64,000 nt of DNA from Caldisericaceae bacterium (GCA_049967855.1 JBMFRX010000003.1:35259-99258); one strand, 5' to 3'; positions 26,991 through 37,614 are shown, counted from the first letter of the stretch. Notes: generated by a model from the sequence alone, not told the origin. Numbers and translations are program-made.

Positions 26991-27746
26991 TTATCCTAAA
27001 GATAGCCCTCCATCGACAACAATAACCTGACCAGTTATGTATGATGCCAATGGAGAAACTAAGAAAGATACAACATTTGCAACATCTTCTGGACTGCCTG
27101 CTCTTTTTATTGATACTCTGTTTATGAAAGCCTCTTTTATTCTATCAATGAGGTTTTTTGTCATATCAGTTTCTATGAAACCAGGTGCAACGAGGTTGGC
27201 TGTGATATTTCTCGAGCCGTATTCAATAGCAATAGCCTTTGTAAGCCCAATTAAGCCTGCTTTTGAAGAAACATAGTTTGCCTGTCCCGCGTTTCCACCG
27301 ATTCCCACAACAGAGCCAATGTTTACAATCCTTCCAGACTTGTCTTTTATCATATACTTCAGTGCATGCTTTGTCATAAGAAATGCACCTTTCAAATTTG
27401 CATCCAGGACTGCATCCCAATCTTCTACACTCATCCTCATCAAAAGCCCGTCTTTGGTAACTCCTGCGTTGTTGATGAGAATATCAATCTTGCCAAACTC
27501 GCCATATATCTTTGAAACAGTCGCCTCCACCTCTGGCTCATTTGAAATATCACACTTGAAGTATTGGGCTTTAGTGCCAAGTTTTGCAATTTGCGATACA
27601 GTATCTTTTGCTTTATCCTCATTGTGTGCAAAGACTATTGCTACATCAGCACCTGCATTCGCAAGGCTCAGAGCAATCGAGCGACCTATACCCCTTGATC
27701 CACCAGTGACGACTGCCTTTTTGCCGCTAAGATCTATGTTAAGCAT
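26991..27746 (-). CDS. fabG: 3-oxoacyl-ACP reductase
   Basis: TGGSRGIG, NNAGVTKD, GNAGQANYVSSKAG, APGFIETDMT. Confidence 0.96.
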   Translation of the reverse strand: MLNIDLSGKKAVVTGGSRGIGRSIALSLANAGADVAIVFAHNEDKAKDTVSQIAKLGTKAQYFKCDISNEPEVEATVSKIYGEFGKIDILINNAGVTKDGLLMRMSVEDWDAVLDANLKGAFLMTKHALKYMIKDKSGRIVNIGSVVGIGGNAGQANYVSSKAGLIGLTKAIAIEYGSRNITANLVAPGFIETDMTKNLIDRIKEAFINRVSIKRAGSPEDVANVVSFLVSPLASYITGQVIVVDGGLSLG

Positions 27747-28638
27747 TCACCAAAACCTCCACTGGGTCAACTTTCATCTGATTGAGTGTTTTCTCCACAA
27801 GGCCTTTCAAAACGTTCTTTGGGCCAACCTCTATAAAGTAATCAACCCCCATTTGCTCCATTGCCATCATTGAGTCAACCCATCTGACAGGCCCTGTAAG
27901 CTGGAGCCTTAGATTTGTCTTTATTTCATCAATGCTGTACTCAGGTCTCGCTGATATGTTTTGAACTATCGGAACAATAGGCTCACTAAATGTCAGGGTC
28001 TCAATGAAGTTGCTCATTTCTTCAACGACTGGTTCCATCAAAGGGGAATGAAAAGCAGCTGAAACATCAAGAGTCTTTGCAAGTCTTGCACCAAGTTGTT
28101 TCGCGATAATTGCTGCATCTTCGATTGCTTTTGAATCACCTGAGAGAACTACCTGGTCAAAAGTATTAAAGTTGGCTGCCACTATCACGCCGCTCTCACT
28201 TGATTTGCTAAGCAATTCACCTATTTTTTCGCCATCAAGCCCAACAACAGCAAGCATTTTCCCTGGAGATTTTGTAGAAGCATTCTTCATAAGCTCTCCT
28301 CTCTTGCTCGTCAGTTTCACTCCATCTTCAAAAGAAAAAACCCCTGCAGAAAAAAGAGCTGAGTATTCTCCAAGGCTATGTCCTGCTACAACATCTGGCT
28401 TAACATTGTTATCTTTCAAAAAAGCGTCATACAAAGAAGAAACTACAAAAAGCGCTGGCTGAGCAATATCTGTAGACGTTAACTGCTCTTGAGGTCCTTT
28501 CTCGCAAAGCTCAAGTAGATCTTTCCCAATAATCGAAGATGCTCTATCAAAATAATCCTTCTTTAAGCTCGAATCCGGGATTTTTGAGCTCATTCCGACG
28601 TACTGCGACCCTTGACCTGGAAAAACAAAAGCCCTCAT
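27739..28638 (-). CDS. fabD: Malonyl-CoA:ACP transacylase
   Basis: FPGQGSQ, AGHSLGEY, SAAFHS, EVGP. Confidence 0.97.
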   Translation of the reverse strand: MRAFVFPGQGSQYVGMSSKIPDSSLKKDYFDRASSIIGKDLLELCEKGPQEQLTSTDIAQPALFVVSSLYDAFLKDNNVKPDVVAGHSLGEYSALFSAGVFSFEDGVKLTSKRGELMKNASTKSPGKMLAVVGLDGEKIGELLSKSSESGVIVAANFNTFDQVVLSGDSKAIEDAAIIAKQLGARLAKTLDVSAAFHSPLMEPVVEEMSNFIETLTFSEPIVPIVQNISARPEYSIDEIKTNLRLQLTGPVRWVDSMMAMEQMGVDYFIEVGPKNVLKGLVEKTLNQMKVDPVEVLVNA

Positions 28639-28639
28639 C

Positions 28640-29629
28640 TCACCACTCCATTAAAATTGCACCGGAAGTCATTCCTGCTCCAAAGGAAACCATAAGCACT
28701 TTATCACCTTTTTTAAGATTACCGCTCTGCTTAAGATTATCCAGCGCAACAGGTATCGATGCAGCAGAAGAGTTACCATATTTGTCAATTGTCACAACGA
28801 CCTTATCCATAGGTATACCCAATTTCTGCGCTCCTGCCTGAATTATCCTCAGATTGGCTTGGTGAGGTATAAACCAATCAATTTCATCAAGACTAACACC
28901 AGTTTTTTCAAGCAAAAGGTTAGATATTCGCGAAATCTCTCTGACCGAGAATTTAAAAACTTCCTGGCCATTCATTTTGGTAAAATAGCTTCTATCCTTT
29001 AAGACTTCTTCACTAAAAGGCTTTCGCGAACCTCCTGCAGGAAGAGTCAAATGTTCAGAGAGAGACCCGTCTGCGTAGAGTTCAAACCCCTTAAACCCGC
29101 CTTCGTTAACCTCTCCTAGAACAGCCGCTCCAGCTCCGTCGCCAAAAAGAACATAGGTGCCCCTATCTTTTGGGTCCATCATTCGAGTAATCGCCTCAGT
29201 ACCTACTACCAAAACATGCTTATACATACCCGAGGTTACAAATTGCGCGCCAACAGTTGTCGCGAATATCCACCCAGGGCAACCTGCCTGCAAGTCAAAG
29301 GCTGCAGCATTTGATGCACCGATTTTTGTCTGCACAATGCAGGCAGTAGCAGGGTAAAGCATATCTGGAGAATTTGTGCCTACGACAATAAGGTCGATAT
29401 CGTTTGGTGACAGCTTAGCATCATCAAGAGCTCTTTCTGCTGCAATCTTTGCAAGATCGCTTGCAGCTTCGTTATTAGAAGCAACTCGCCTCTCTACAAT
29501 CCCAGAACGAGTACGAATCCACTCATCGCTTGTGTCAAGAACCTTCTCCAGGTCGAAATTTGTTACAACTTTCTCTGGAAGATAACTCCCAAGTCCAAGA
29601 ATACCTACTTTCAAAACATACACCTCCAC
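28640..29629 (-). CDS. fabH: 3-oxoacyl-ACP synthase III
   Basis: DTSDEWI, AGCPG, LFGDGAGA, PHQANLRI, GNSSAASIP. The start may be a few codons downstream. Confidence 0.96.
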   Translation of the reverse strand: MEVYVLKVGILGLGSYLPEKVVTNFDLEKVLDTSDEWIRTRSGIVERRVASNNEAASDLAKIAAERALDDAKLSPNDIDLIVVGTNSPDMLYPATACIVQTKIGASNAAAFDLQAGCPGWIFATTVGAQFVTSGMYKHVLVVGTEAITRMMDPKDRGTYVLFGDGAGAAVLGEVNEGGFKGFELYADGSLSEHLTLPAGGSRKPFSEEVLKDRSYFTKMNGQEVFKFSVREISRISNLLLEKTGVSLDEIDWFIPHQANLRIIQAGAQKLGIPMDKVVVTIDKYGNSSAASIPVALDNLKQSGNLKKGDKVLMVSFGAGMTSGAILMEW

Positions 29630-30099
29630 TATAGAGTAGACTTATCAACAAAATAAGCAGATACTATCCCTTCTGCCATCAATTTATCGCCTGAATATAT
29701 TTTGCAGGCACTCTTTGCAACATTGTGTCTGAACTCAATCAATTTGGATTCAACAGTTAAAGTAGCCTCAGGAATAACCTTATTTAAAAATCTAAACTTC
29801 TCGACACCTGCAAAGAAACCAAAAAGATTTTTATACTTTGGTATTACAAGGATCATAAAAGAAGAAACCTGCGCTGCAAGCTCAACCATAATGACCCCTG
29901 GAAGGACTGGCATATTGGGAAAATGACCCTTAAAAAAATCTTCGTGCCCTGTGAAGGTTTTCCTGCCAATAACTCTTTCTCCTGGAACGATATCAATAAC
30001 TTCGTCGACAAAGAGGAATGGGTCTTTCTGTGGAAGTATGTTTCTTACTTCTTCTCTGGAAAGCTTAACGCAGTTAATCGTCTTCGTGCTCGTGTTCAT
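29629..30099 (-). CDS. fabZ: 3-hydroxyacyl-ACP dehydratase
   Basis: PFLFVD, FFKGHFP, PVLPGVIMVE. Confidence 0.92.
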   Translation of the reverse strand: MNTSTKTINCVKLSREEVRNILPQKDPFLFVDEVIDIVPGERVIGRKTFTGHEDFFKGHFPNMPVLPGVIMVELAAQVSSFMILVIPKYKNLFGFFAGVEKFRFLNKVIPEATLTVESKLIEFRHNVAKSACKIYSGDKLMAEGIVSAYFVDKSTL

Positions 30100-31318
30100 C
30101 TTCTAGTAAAGCTCTCCTGCTCAGTTTTATCTTCTTGTTTTCTTTATCAATCCCCATAACTTTTACCTGCATTTTATCCCCAATATTTGCAATTTCCTCA
30201 ACTTTGTTTACTCTCTTCTTGTCAAGCTGTGAAATATGCACAAGCCCAGTTAAACCATCGTCAAGCTCAAGTACGGCTCCAAAAGGATGTATTCTTATGA
30301 CAACTCCTTCAACAACGCTATTAACAGGGAATTTTTCCTCAACAACATCCCACGGATACGGCTTCGTTTGCCTTAAGCTCAGCAAGACCTTACCTGTATC
30401 AAGATTAATACCGATAACTTTGACCTTGACAGATTCGCCAACTCTCAAAAGCTCTCTTGGAGTTTTACGCCTTCCCCATGTCAACTCGTTGACACGCACT
30501 AAACCTTCGATTCCCTCTCCAAGCTCCACAAAAACACCAAAGTCTTGAATGGACCTAACAATACCATCATAGATTTCTCCCTTTCGAAGGCTGACAAGTG
30601 CTTCCTTTCTCTTCTGCTCCTTTAAAGCCTCGAGGATTTTGATGCGAGAAACAACAGCCCTCTTGATTGCCTTATCAAGTTCAATAATATGAAGGTCAAG
30701 CTCCTTGCCAACAAAGTCTTCAACGTGCTCGCCTTTCTTGAGTCCAATCTGCGATTGCGGGAGAAACGCCGTAATTCCATCAATATCAACAAGTAAGCCA
30801 CCTTTAATTTGCTTTACAATTTTACCTTTCACAGCCTCGCCATTGTTAAACTTCTCTTTCAAGTTGTTCCACTGTTTTATGTAATCGGCCATCTTTTTCG
30901 AAAGAACTGCTCCACTGCCGCTTCCGCCATCCTTCATCACCAAAACATCAATTTTGTCACCAATATGCACAACCTCTTCAGGACGTGAGATCTCTTTGTT
31001 GGATAGACCATGCGTTGGAATAAAAACATCTTCCTTTCCGCCAGCGCTTACCATTATTCCGTTAGGTTCTATTTTTACTACTGTTACCTTGATTATGTCA
31101 CCTTTTCTGAACTGTTTTGGCAAAAAATCCCTGCTAGTTGAAGGTGTTTTCGGTTGTACTGGAGCCTGTTTAACCTGGTCAACTGGTAATTCACTCGCAA
31201 CTGATTGAGAATCAGTTTGAGTCTCCTTTCGAGGCAACTTCTCTTCCTCGATTGCTTTGAGAATAGAATCTACTTCATTTGAGGCAACGTTAGCTAAAAC
31301 ATCTTTTTTCTCTTCCAT
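30074..31318 (-). CDS. rpsA: Ribosomal protein S1-like protein (about four S1 domains, N-terminal extension)
   Basis: KGGLLVDI.GITAFLP.SQ, FGVFVEL..GIEGLV, FGAVLEL..GLTGLVHISQL repeats. Confidence 0.85.
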   Translation of the reverse strand: MEEKKDVLANVASNEVDSILKAIEEEKLPRKETQTDSQSVASELPVDQVKQAPVQPKTPSTSRDFLPKQFRKGDIIKVTVVKIEPNGIMVSAGGKEDVFIPTHGLSNKEISRPEEVVHIGDKIDVLVMKDGGSGSGAVLSKKMADYIKQWNNLKEKFNNGEAVKGKIVKQIKGGLLVDIDGITAFLPQSQIGLKKGEHVEDFVGKELDLHIIELDKAIKRAVVSRIKILEALKEQKRKEALVSLRKGEIYDGIVRSIQDFGVFVELGEGIEGLVRVNELTWGRRKTPRELLRVGESVKVKVIGINLDTGKVLLSLRQTKPYPWDVVEEKFPVNSVVEGVVIRIHPFGAVLELDDGLTGLVHISQLDKKRVNKVEEIANIGDKMQVKVMGIDKENKKIKLSRRALLEDEHEHEDD

Positions 31319-31388
31319 GTGTCGCTCCTAATTCGTATTTTATCAAAAAAATCAAAATTTCAAAATAAATCAAAAAATAGCATCTTGC

Positions 31389-32303
31389 CTATTCTCTTGA
31401 CATCAATGCAGCAAGTGCAAGAGAATAAAGCTTAGATTCCTCACTGTCACCTCGGGATGTAAGTACCGCCGGAGCAACAGTTCCAGTAACCAGGGCAGCG
31501 ATTTCAGCATTGCCAAGCTTTGTTGTGGACTTGTAGAAAGCGTTTCCTGACTCTATGTTTGGGAAAATCAAAATATCGGCATCACCAGCAACATCTGACT
31601 TAATTTTCTTGATATCTGCCGCTTCTTTCGACACAGCCACATCCAACGCAAGAGGTCCGTCAACAATGCAACCCTTTATTTGCTGCCTATCATTCATTTT
31701 TGAGAGAATTGCACCGTCAATAGTTGCCTGCATCTTCGGATTGACAGTTTCCACGGCTGCGATAATTGCCACTTTAGGGTTGGCAATACCAAACTTGTGA
31801 GCTATTTTTACATCATAATTAATCATCATTTCTTTGGTTTTTAAGTCTGGCTGAGGAATAACTGCCACATCGGAGACTATAAGCAACTTGTGATAATTAG
31901 GTGATTCAATGATGGTAACGTGCGATAGGACAGCATCAGGCGGAAGTAAACCTTCCTCCTTATCGAGCAGCCCACGCATATAGGTTGCACTTTGACATAA
32001 GCCCTTCATTATGAAATCGGCTTTCTTCTCACGTACCATTCGTACAGCTTGCCTAACTGCTTCTTTTTCTTCTGGCACATCAACAATTTCAAACATAGAG
32101 GTGTCAATGCCATTAGCCTCTGCAACTCTCTTTACCTCGCTCCTGCTTGCAAATATGACTGCCTTCAGTATACCTTCTTTTACTGCATTTGAAACAGCCT
32201 GCAGCGTGTGCAGGTCTTGACCATAAGCAACAGAAACAATGCGTTTTTCTTTCTCTTGCTTTACTGCCTCTAGAATGTCCTTCAGCTTTTTAATTTGTTC
32301 CAT
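31389..32303 (-). CDS. ptb: Phosphate butyryltransferase (PTA/PTB family)
   Basis: ADFIMKG, VETVNPKM, VDGPLALDVA, DADILIFPNIESGN, LTSRGDS; start ATG 32303 after SD GGAGG. Confidence 0.88.
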   Translation of the reverse strand: MEQIKKLKDILEAVKQEKEKRIVSVAYGQDLHTLQAVSNAVKEGILKAVIFASRSEVKRVAEANGIDTSMFEIVDVPEEKEAVRQAVRMVREKKADFIMKGLCQSATYMRGLLDKEEGLLPPDAVLSHVTIIESPNYHKLLIVSDVAVIPQPDLKTKEMMINYDVKIAHKFGIANPKVAIIAAVETVNPKMQATIDGAILSKMNDRQQIKGCIVDGPLALDVAVSKEAADIKKIKSDVAGDADILIFPNIESGNAFYKSTTKLGNAEIAALVTGTVAPAVLTSRGDSEESKLYSLALAALMSRE

Positions 32304-32411
32304 AAATCCTCCTCGTTCAATTTTGCGCCTTACTAAACGCAATCGTTCTAAATTCTTTATATTATACATTCTTTGAAGAATTTTGCATAGTAAACAACCA
32401 GACTTTCGTAT

Positions 32412-32443
32412 AAAAACAAAAAAGGAGGCTTTAAACCTCCTCC
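32412..32443 (-). terminator. Intrinsic terminator after recN
   Basis: Minus strand AGGAGG-TTTAAAG-CCTCCT then TTTTGTTTTT. Confidence 0.8.
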
Positions 32444-32462
32444 ATAGGAACAAGATAAATAA

Positions 32463-34169
32463 TTATTTCCACCTACTCAAGAGCTCCTTAGATTGCTTGA
32501 TTGTAGTCTCGGTTACATTCGTCCCGGAAATCATCCTTGCGATTTCTCCAACGCGCTCGTAATCCTCGATTTTCTTAACATTAAGGAAGGTTTCATCGTT
32601 CTCAACAACCTTCTCAACCACAAAATGCTCTCCTGGAAGAGAAGCTATCTGCGGAAGATGAGTAATGCAGATAACCTGCCTGTACTTTGAAATTTCAAGA
32701 AGCTTCTCTGCTACTCGCTCTCCTGTTTTGCCGCCTATTCCTGCATCAACTTCGTCAAAGGCAAGCACAGGGATCTCATCAACTGATGCAACAACATACT
32801 TTATTGACAACATTATCCTTGACAGTTCTCCACCTGATGCTATTGAGGCAAGCGGCTTAAAATCCTCACCTGGGTTTGGTTTAATTAAGAACTCAGCTGA
32901 ATCTATCCCATCAGCTAAAAGCTTCACCCTTTTTCCACCAATCTCAACACCGTCAGGGTCATCAAATAACCTAAAGCTAACCTCAAACATAGCATTCTCC
33001 ATTGCAAGATCTCTCAACTGCGCTTCAACAGAAACCTCGAGCTCTTTAGCCACATTTTTCCTCATCTCTGACAGCCTTGCGGCATCTTCCCTGATATGCT
33101 CCACAAGATCAGCTTCTTCCTCTTCCAACTTGTCAATTTCATCTCTAAGCGAGTTAAACCCAGTAACCTTTTCTTTCAAATCAGAAAGATACTGAATAAG
33201 CTCGGGGATTTCTCTTCTGTATTTCAGCTTTAACGTTGAAAGAAATGTAAGCCTCTCCTGAATTGCCTCAAGCCTTTCGGGATCAAAAACAAAATTCGAA
33301 GAGAGAGCGCTCAAATCTCTGGCAACTTCCTTTAATTCAATCTCAATATTTTCTATCTCCTCTCTGAGCGGAGAAAGTGTCTCAGTAATAGAGCTTGCCT
33401 TCCCCATAAGGTTCGAAACAATCGAAAGCTCTCTTGCCACTGAGTTTTCTTCAGAGTAAGAAAGAATGTTCATAACGGTTTGTAGTAGCTCTGCAAGTTC
33501 TTTTGAGTTTGACAGAACTTTTTCCTCACTTTCAAGCTCTTCTTCTTCGTCTGGTTTAAGGTTTGCCTCTGTGAGCTCTGCAATTTCAAAATTGATAAAA
33601 TCTCTTTCCTCGATATATTTTCTGTCAGCCTCTTCCAGCTCTTGCTTCTTATGCTTTATTTCTTTGAATCTTGATATCTCTTCAATAACCTTACTGCGCA
33701 ATTCAAGGATTTCTTCGCCTCCAAAAGCGTCAACGAATCTAAGGTGCGTATCTGTGTTAAGAAGCGACTGAACCTCGTGTTGGCCATGCATATCAACAAG
33801 AGAGCGACCTATAAGCGATAGTTCCTTTACGGAAATAGGATGCCCATTAACCAGGCTCCTTGTCCGATTTTTTGAGATATTCCTTGAAATAACGACGATG
33901 TCGTCCCCATCATAAAGCGAAAACTTTTCAAGAATGTCCTTAGTTCTTGAGGAATTTCCCAGAGAAAAACTTGCCTCTATTGAAGCACTTTCAGCTCCAT
34001 TCCGAATAACGTCGCTTGTTGCACCTGCTCCACAAACTATTCCAATAGAGTTCATCAAAATTGATTTTCCTGCTCCAGTTTCTCCAGAGATTATTACAAG
34101 GTTATCACTGAAATTAAGCTCAACTTTTTTTGCAATTGCAAGATTGGTTATATAGAGTCCTAAAAGCAC
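32463..34169 (-). CDS. recN: DNA repair protein RecN
   Basis: GETGAGKS, HGQHE, coiled coil, SGGELSR, FDEVDAG, ITHLPQIA; start set to GTG 34169 just after the nadK stop. Confidence 0.96.
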   Translation of the reverse strand: MLLGLYITNLAIAKKVELNFSDNLVIISGETGAGKSILMNSIGIVCGAGATSDVIRNGAESASIEASFSLGNSSRTKDILEKFSLYDGDDIVVISRNISKNRTRSLVNGHPISVKELSLIGRSLVDMHGQHEVQSLLNTDTHLRFVDAFGGEEILELRSKVIEEISRFKEIKHKKQELEEADRKYIEERDFINFEIAELTEANLKPDEEEELESEEKVLSNSKELAELLQTVMNILSYSEENSVARELSIVSNLMGKASSITETLSPLREEIENIEIELKEVARDLSALSSNFVFDPERLEAIQERLTFLSTLKLKYRREIPELIQYLSDLKEKVTGFNSLRDEIDKLEEEEADLVEHIREDAARLSEMRKNVAKELEVSVEAQLRDLAMENAMFEVSFRLFDDPDGVEIGGKRVKLLADGIDSAEFLIKPNPGEDFKPLASIASGGELSRIMLSIKYVVASVDEIPVLAFDEVDAGIGGKTGERVAEKLLEISKYRQVICITHLPQIASLPGEHFVVEKVVENDETFLNVKKIEDYERVGEIARMISGTNVTETTIKQSKELLSRWK

Positions 34170-34170
34170 T

Positions 34171-34980
34171 TCAAACTCCCCATCCAAACTTTTTATTGAG
34201 GACTTCAAAGAAGTTTTTGTTGGCCAGATGCACAATTTCAAGGTCAGCTTCATTCTTTACAAAAGTTATTCTGTCAAATTTATTCAAATGCAGAACAATT
34301 TCACCGTCTCTTTGAAGAGAGAAGTCACCTTGAGAAAGTATCTTTATAGTAAGTTTGTCTTCACAGGAGAATACTACAGGCCTGGCACTCAGTTTGTGCG
34401 GTGCAGCAAAGACCAGGCAAAAAACTCGCGCCTGAGGAGCGATAATAGGACCGCCAAGAGAAAGATTGTATGCTGTGGAGCCTGTCGGTGTTGATACCAC
34501 AAAACCATCTGACCTGAACTTTCCCACCTCAAAGCCGTTGATGATAGCCTCTGTCTGAAGTATCTTGTCTCTAAGCTCCCTCATTACGACAAAATCATTG
34601 ACAGCATAGAAACTGTCTTCTATATTCTCTCCAGAAACTTTTGCCCGCATTGTCATTCGCTTCTCGATGAAATAATTGCCTTCAAGAAAACTGTCAACTG
34701 CGGAGAACACGTCAACCCCCTCAATATCCGTGAGAAAGCCAAGGCTGCCAAGATTCACCCCAAAAACAGATGCTCCAATTTTCAAAGCAATGCGAGAAGC
34801 TTTAAGAAAGGTACCGTCTCCCCCAAGGCTGACTATGGTAATTTCGTTACCAGGCGTCATATGCTCAAGTTCTTCCCTGGGAACTACAAGAACTCCATTT
34901 TTCTCTAAATAGCTTATAAGCTCTTTAGACACTTCCTCTGTAAGATTTCCATCAGCAGAAAAAACGCTCAATTTCTTCAT
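34171..34980 (-). CDS. nadK: NAD kinase
   Basis: GGDGT, GVNLGSLGFL, DGFVVSTPTGSTAYNLSLGGP. Confidence 0.95.
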   Translation of the reverse strand: MKKLSVFSADGNLTEEVSKELISYLEKNGVLVVPREELEHMTPGNEITIVSLGGDGTFLKASRIALKIGASVFGVNLGSLGFLTDIEGVDVFSAVDSFLEGNYFIEKRMTMRAKVSGENIEDSFYAVNDFVVMRELRDKILQTEAIINGFEVGKFRSDGFVVSTPTGSTAYNLSLGGPIIAPQARVFCLVFAAPHKLSARPVVFSCEDKLTIKILSQGDFSLQRDGEIVLHLNKFDRITFVKNEADLEIVHLANKNFFEVLNKKFGWGV

Positions 34981-35765
34981 TTAGTTTTCTCCCATGCCTC
35001 ATCTACAATTTTATCAATTAAACTCAAATTTACAAGTGAGCCTTCTCTTTCAATCTCAAAAAAGAACTCTATATTTCCTTTACCGCCCCTTATAGGTGAG
35101 TAAATTGCATTTGTCACAGTGTAGCCAAGCTCTGAAATTTTTCCAACAACTGACTTCAAAATAATTTTATGAAATTCGGCGCTTCTGATAATTCCCTTGC
35201 TCGTAAATCGCCGCTCGCCTTCAAATTGAGGTTTAATAAGAGAAACAATTTTCCCATCACTTTTAACTATTTCTTTGAAGGATGGAATTATCTTGATTAT
35301 GGAAATAAAAGAAACATCCATAACAACAATATCAATGTCTTCGGGAATTATTTCTTTTGAAAGATACCTCGCATTTACTTGCTCAAGCAAAACAATGCGT
35401 GAATCTCCTCTAAGACTGTAATCAAGTTGCCCTGTCCCTACATCGACAGCATATACTCTTGATACACCTCTCTTGAGAAGACAATCTGTAAAACCGCCAG
35501 TAGAAGCCCCCGCATCCAGAGCAATTTTGCCCTTAACGTCAACATCAAAAAAACTTAAAGCAAAATCAAGCTTTTCACCGCCGCGGCTTACAAAACGTTT
35601 TTTTCCAAGAATCTCTACTTCATCGTCTTCTTTAACTGGTGAACTTGCCTTAAGAACCACTTCCCCATTCAATAAAACTTTACCCTCCAGAATTAACGCT
35701 TTCGCAAGAGTCCTGCTCTCAAGAAGGCCACGTTCCACAATTACTTCATCAATTCTTTTTGCCAC
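34977..35765 (-). CDS. tlyA: TlyA rRNA 2'-O-methyltransferase
   Basis: S4 domain, FVSRGGEKL, DAGASTGGFTD, DVSFIS, KPQFE. Confidence 0.95.
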   Translation of the reverse strand: MAKRIDEVIVERGLLESRTLAKALILEGKVLLNGEVVLKASSPVKEDDEVEILGKKRFVSRGGEKLDFALSFFDVDVKGKIALDAGASTGGFTDCLLKRGVSRVYAVDVGTGQLDYSLRGDSRIVLLEQVNARYLSKEIIPEDIDIVVMDVSFISIIKIIPSFKEIVKSDGKIVSLIKPQFEGERRFTSKGIIRSAEFHKIILKSVVGKISELGYTVTNAIYSPIRGGKGNIEFFFEIEREGSLVNLSLIDKIVDEAWEKTK

Positions 35766-37587
35766 GCAGAAAGTCTTCGCTTAACTTAGCGATATTTGAA
35801 GATGACAATCCATAATAGTCTAAGAGTTTGTCTCTCTTGCCTTGCACAGGAAACAAATCGGGAATCCCAAGGTTCATAACACTTATGCCGTGCTCTGAAA
35901 GAAAGTAAGATAGCTCTCTGCCAAAGCCCCCAATCAGGACATTGTCTTCGATTGTAACTACCTTTCTGGACTTCTCAGCAGCGCATAGGATAGTTTCAGT
36001 ATCAATCGGCTTGATGAAGCGTGCATCAATAAGACCCACAGAAATGCCATTTGATACCAATATTTCTCTTGCTTCAAGGGCTCTTTCAAACATTGCTCCA
36101 ACAGAAACAATTGTCAAATCATTCCCTTCCGAAACTAATTCGGCTTTTCCAATTGCTATAACATCTTTTTGGTTATCCAACAATGCATTTGCAGGAGCCT
36201 TTGGATATCTGATTATGAAAGGTTTTCCTTCTTGCAATGCCGAATGCAAAATCCGTTTCAGGTCTTTGCCATCTCTTGGTGCTGCAACAACAAACGAAGG
36301 CACTACATGAGTGAATGAAATATCAAAAATACCCTGGTGCGTAGGGCCATCATCTGAAACTATGCCACTTCTATCCAATGCAAAAACAACTGGTAAACCA
36401 AGAATTCCGACATCGTGGATAAGCTGATCATATGCTCTCTGAAGGAATGTGGAATAAATTGCAACCACGGGCTTAAATCCATTCTGAGCTAATGCAGCAG
36501 CAGTAGAAACAGCACATTGCTCTGCTATTCCAACGTCAATAAACCTTTCAGGAAATTCTTTTTTGAACAGGTCTGTCCTTGTGCCATCGGGCATCGCAGC
36601 GGTAATTGCAACTATCTTATTGTCATTCTTTGCTTCTTCAACAAGTGCTTCTCCAAAGAAATCAGAGAAACTCTTTGTTCCTCTTTGTCCATTGAACATT
36701 CCCGTTTCAATGTCAAAAGGAGCTGAACTATGGAATTTGATTGGGTCATCCTCTGAGTTGTCATACCCCTTACCCTTTTTAGTAATCACGTGAACAACAG
36801 TCGGACTATTGATGTTTTTTGTGTGCTCAAAAGTTTCGATTAGTTCCTTAATATTGTGCCCATCTACGGGGCCAATGTAGGTAAAACCAAGTTCCTCAAA
36901 AAGCACATTTTGCAAGAATAGCTCTTTTATTGCAAGCTTAATACGACGGCCAACATTCGTGCGAGGGGTTTTCCTTCTTATGCTTTGATAGAAATTCGAG
37001 TAGCGCACTCGCGAGAGGTATCTCGACATAGCACCAACATTACGGGAAATAGACATCTGGTTATCATTAAGCACTATCAAAACCTTTTTGCCTAAAGAGC
37101 CTATGTTGTTTAATCCTTCATAGGCCTCCCCACCAGTCAAAGCGCCATCACCAACAACTGCAACTACATCGTAGTGCCCACCCTTGAGTTCCCTTGCCTT
37201 AACAAAACCAAAAGCAATAGAAAGCGCAGTTGAGGCATGCCCTGCAATAAAACTATCATAAGGACTTTCTCTTGGGTCAGTGTAACCACTTATTCCACCA
37301 AACTGCCTCAATGAACTAAAATCATTTTTCCTGCCAGTGACAATTTTATGAGTATAAGCCTGATGACCAACGTCAAAAATTAGTCTGTCTACATCAAAAT
37401 TGAACACCTTATGCAAGGCAAGAGTCAGTTCGACCGTCCCGAGGTTTGAAGCAAGATGCCCTCCGTTGGCAGATACAGTCTGTATAATAATATCTCTTAC
37501 CTCTTCAGATAGTTCGTTAAGTTCGCTAATTGAAAGATTCTTCACATCGTAAGGGCTGTTAACCCTTTCCAAAATTTCGTGTTGCAC
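35749..37587 (-). CDS. dxs: 1-deoxy-D-xylulose-5-phosphate synthase
   Basis: GGHLASNLG, DVGHQAY, GDGALTGG...LNDN, VGIAEQ, DGPTHQG. Confidence 0.97.
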   Translation of the reverse strand: MQHEILERVNSPYDVKNLSISELNELSEEVRDIIIQTVSANGGHLASNLGTVELTLALHKVFNFDVDRLIFDVGHQAYTHKIVTGRKNDFSSLRQFGGISGYTDPRESPYDSFIAGHASTALSIAFGFVKARELKGGHYDVVAVVGDGALTGGEAYEGLNNIGSLGKKVLIVLNDNQMSISRNVGAMSRYLSRVRYSNFYQSIRRKTPRTNVGRRIKLAIKELFLQNVLFEELGFTYIGPVDGHNIKELIETFEHTKNINSPTVVHVITKKGKGYDNSEDDPIKFHSSAPFDIETGMFNGQRGTKSFSDFFGEALVEEAKNDNKIVAITAAMPDGTRTDLFKKEFPERFIDVGIAEQCAVSTAAALAQNGFKPVVAIYSTFLQRAYDQLIHDVGILGLPVVFALDRSGIVSDDGPTHQGIFDISFTHVVPSFVVAAPRDGKDLKRILHSALQEGKPFIIRYPKAPANALLDNQKDVIAIGKAELVSEGNDLTIVSVGAMFERALEAREILVSNGISVGLIDARFIKPIDTETILCAAEKSRKVVTIEDNVLIGGFGRELSYFLSEHGISVMNLGIPDLFPVQGKRDKLLDYYGLSSSNIAKLSEDFLRGKKN

Positions 37588-37614
37588 TAAGTTTTCTCCT
37601 ATATCAATGAAACT

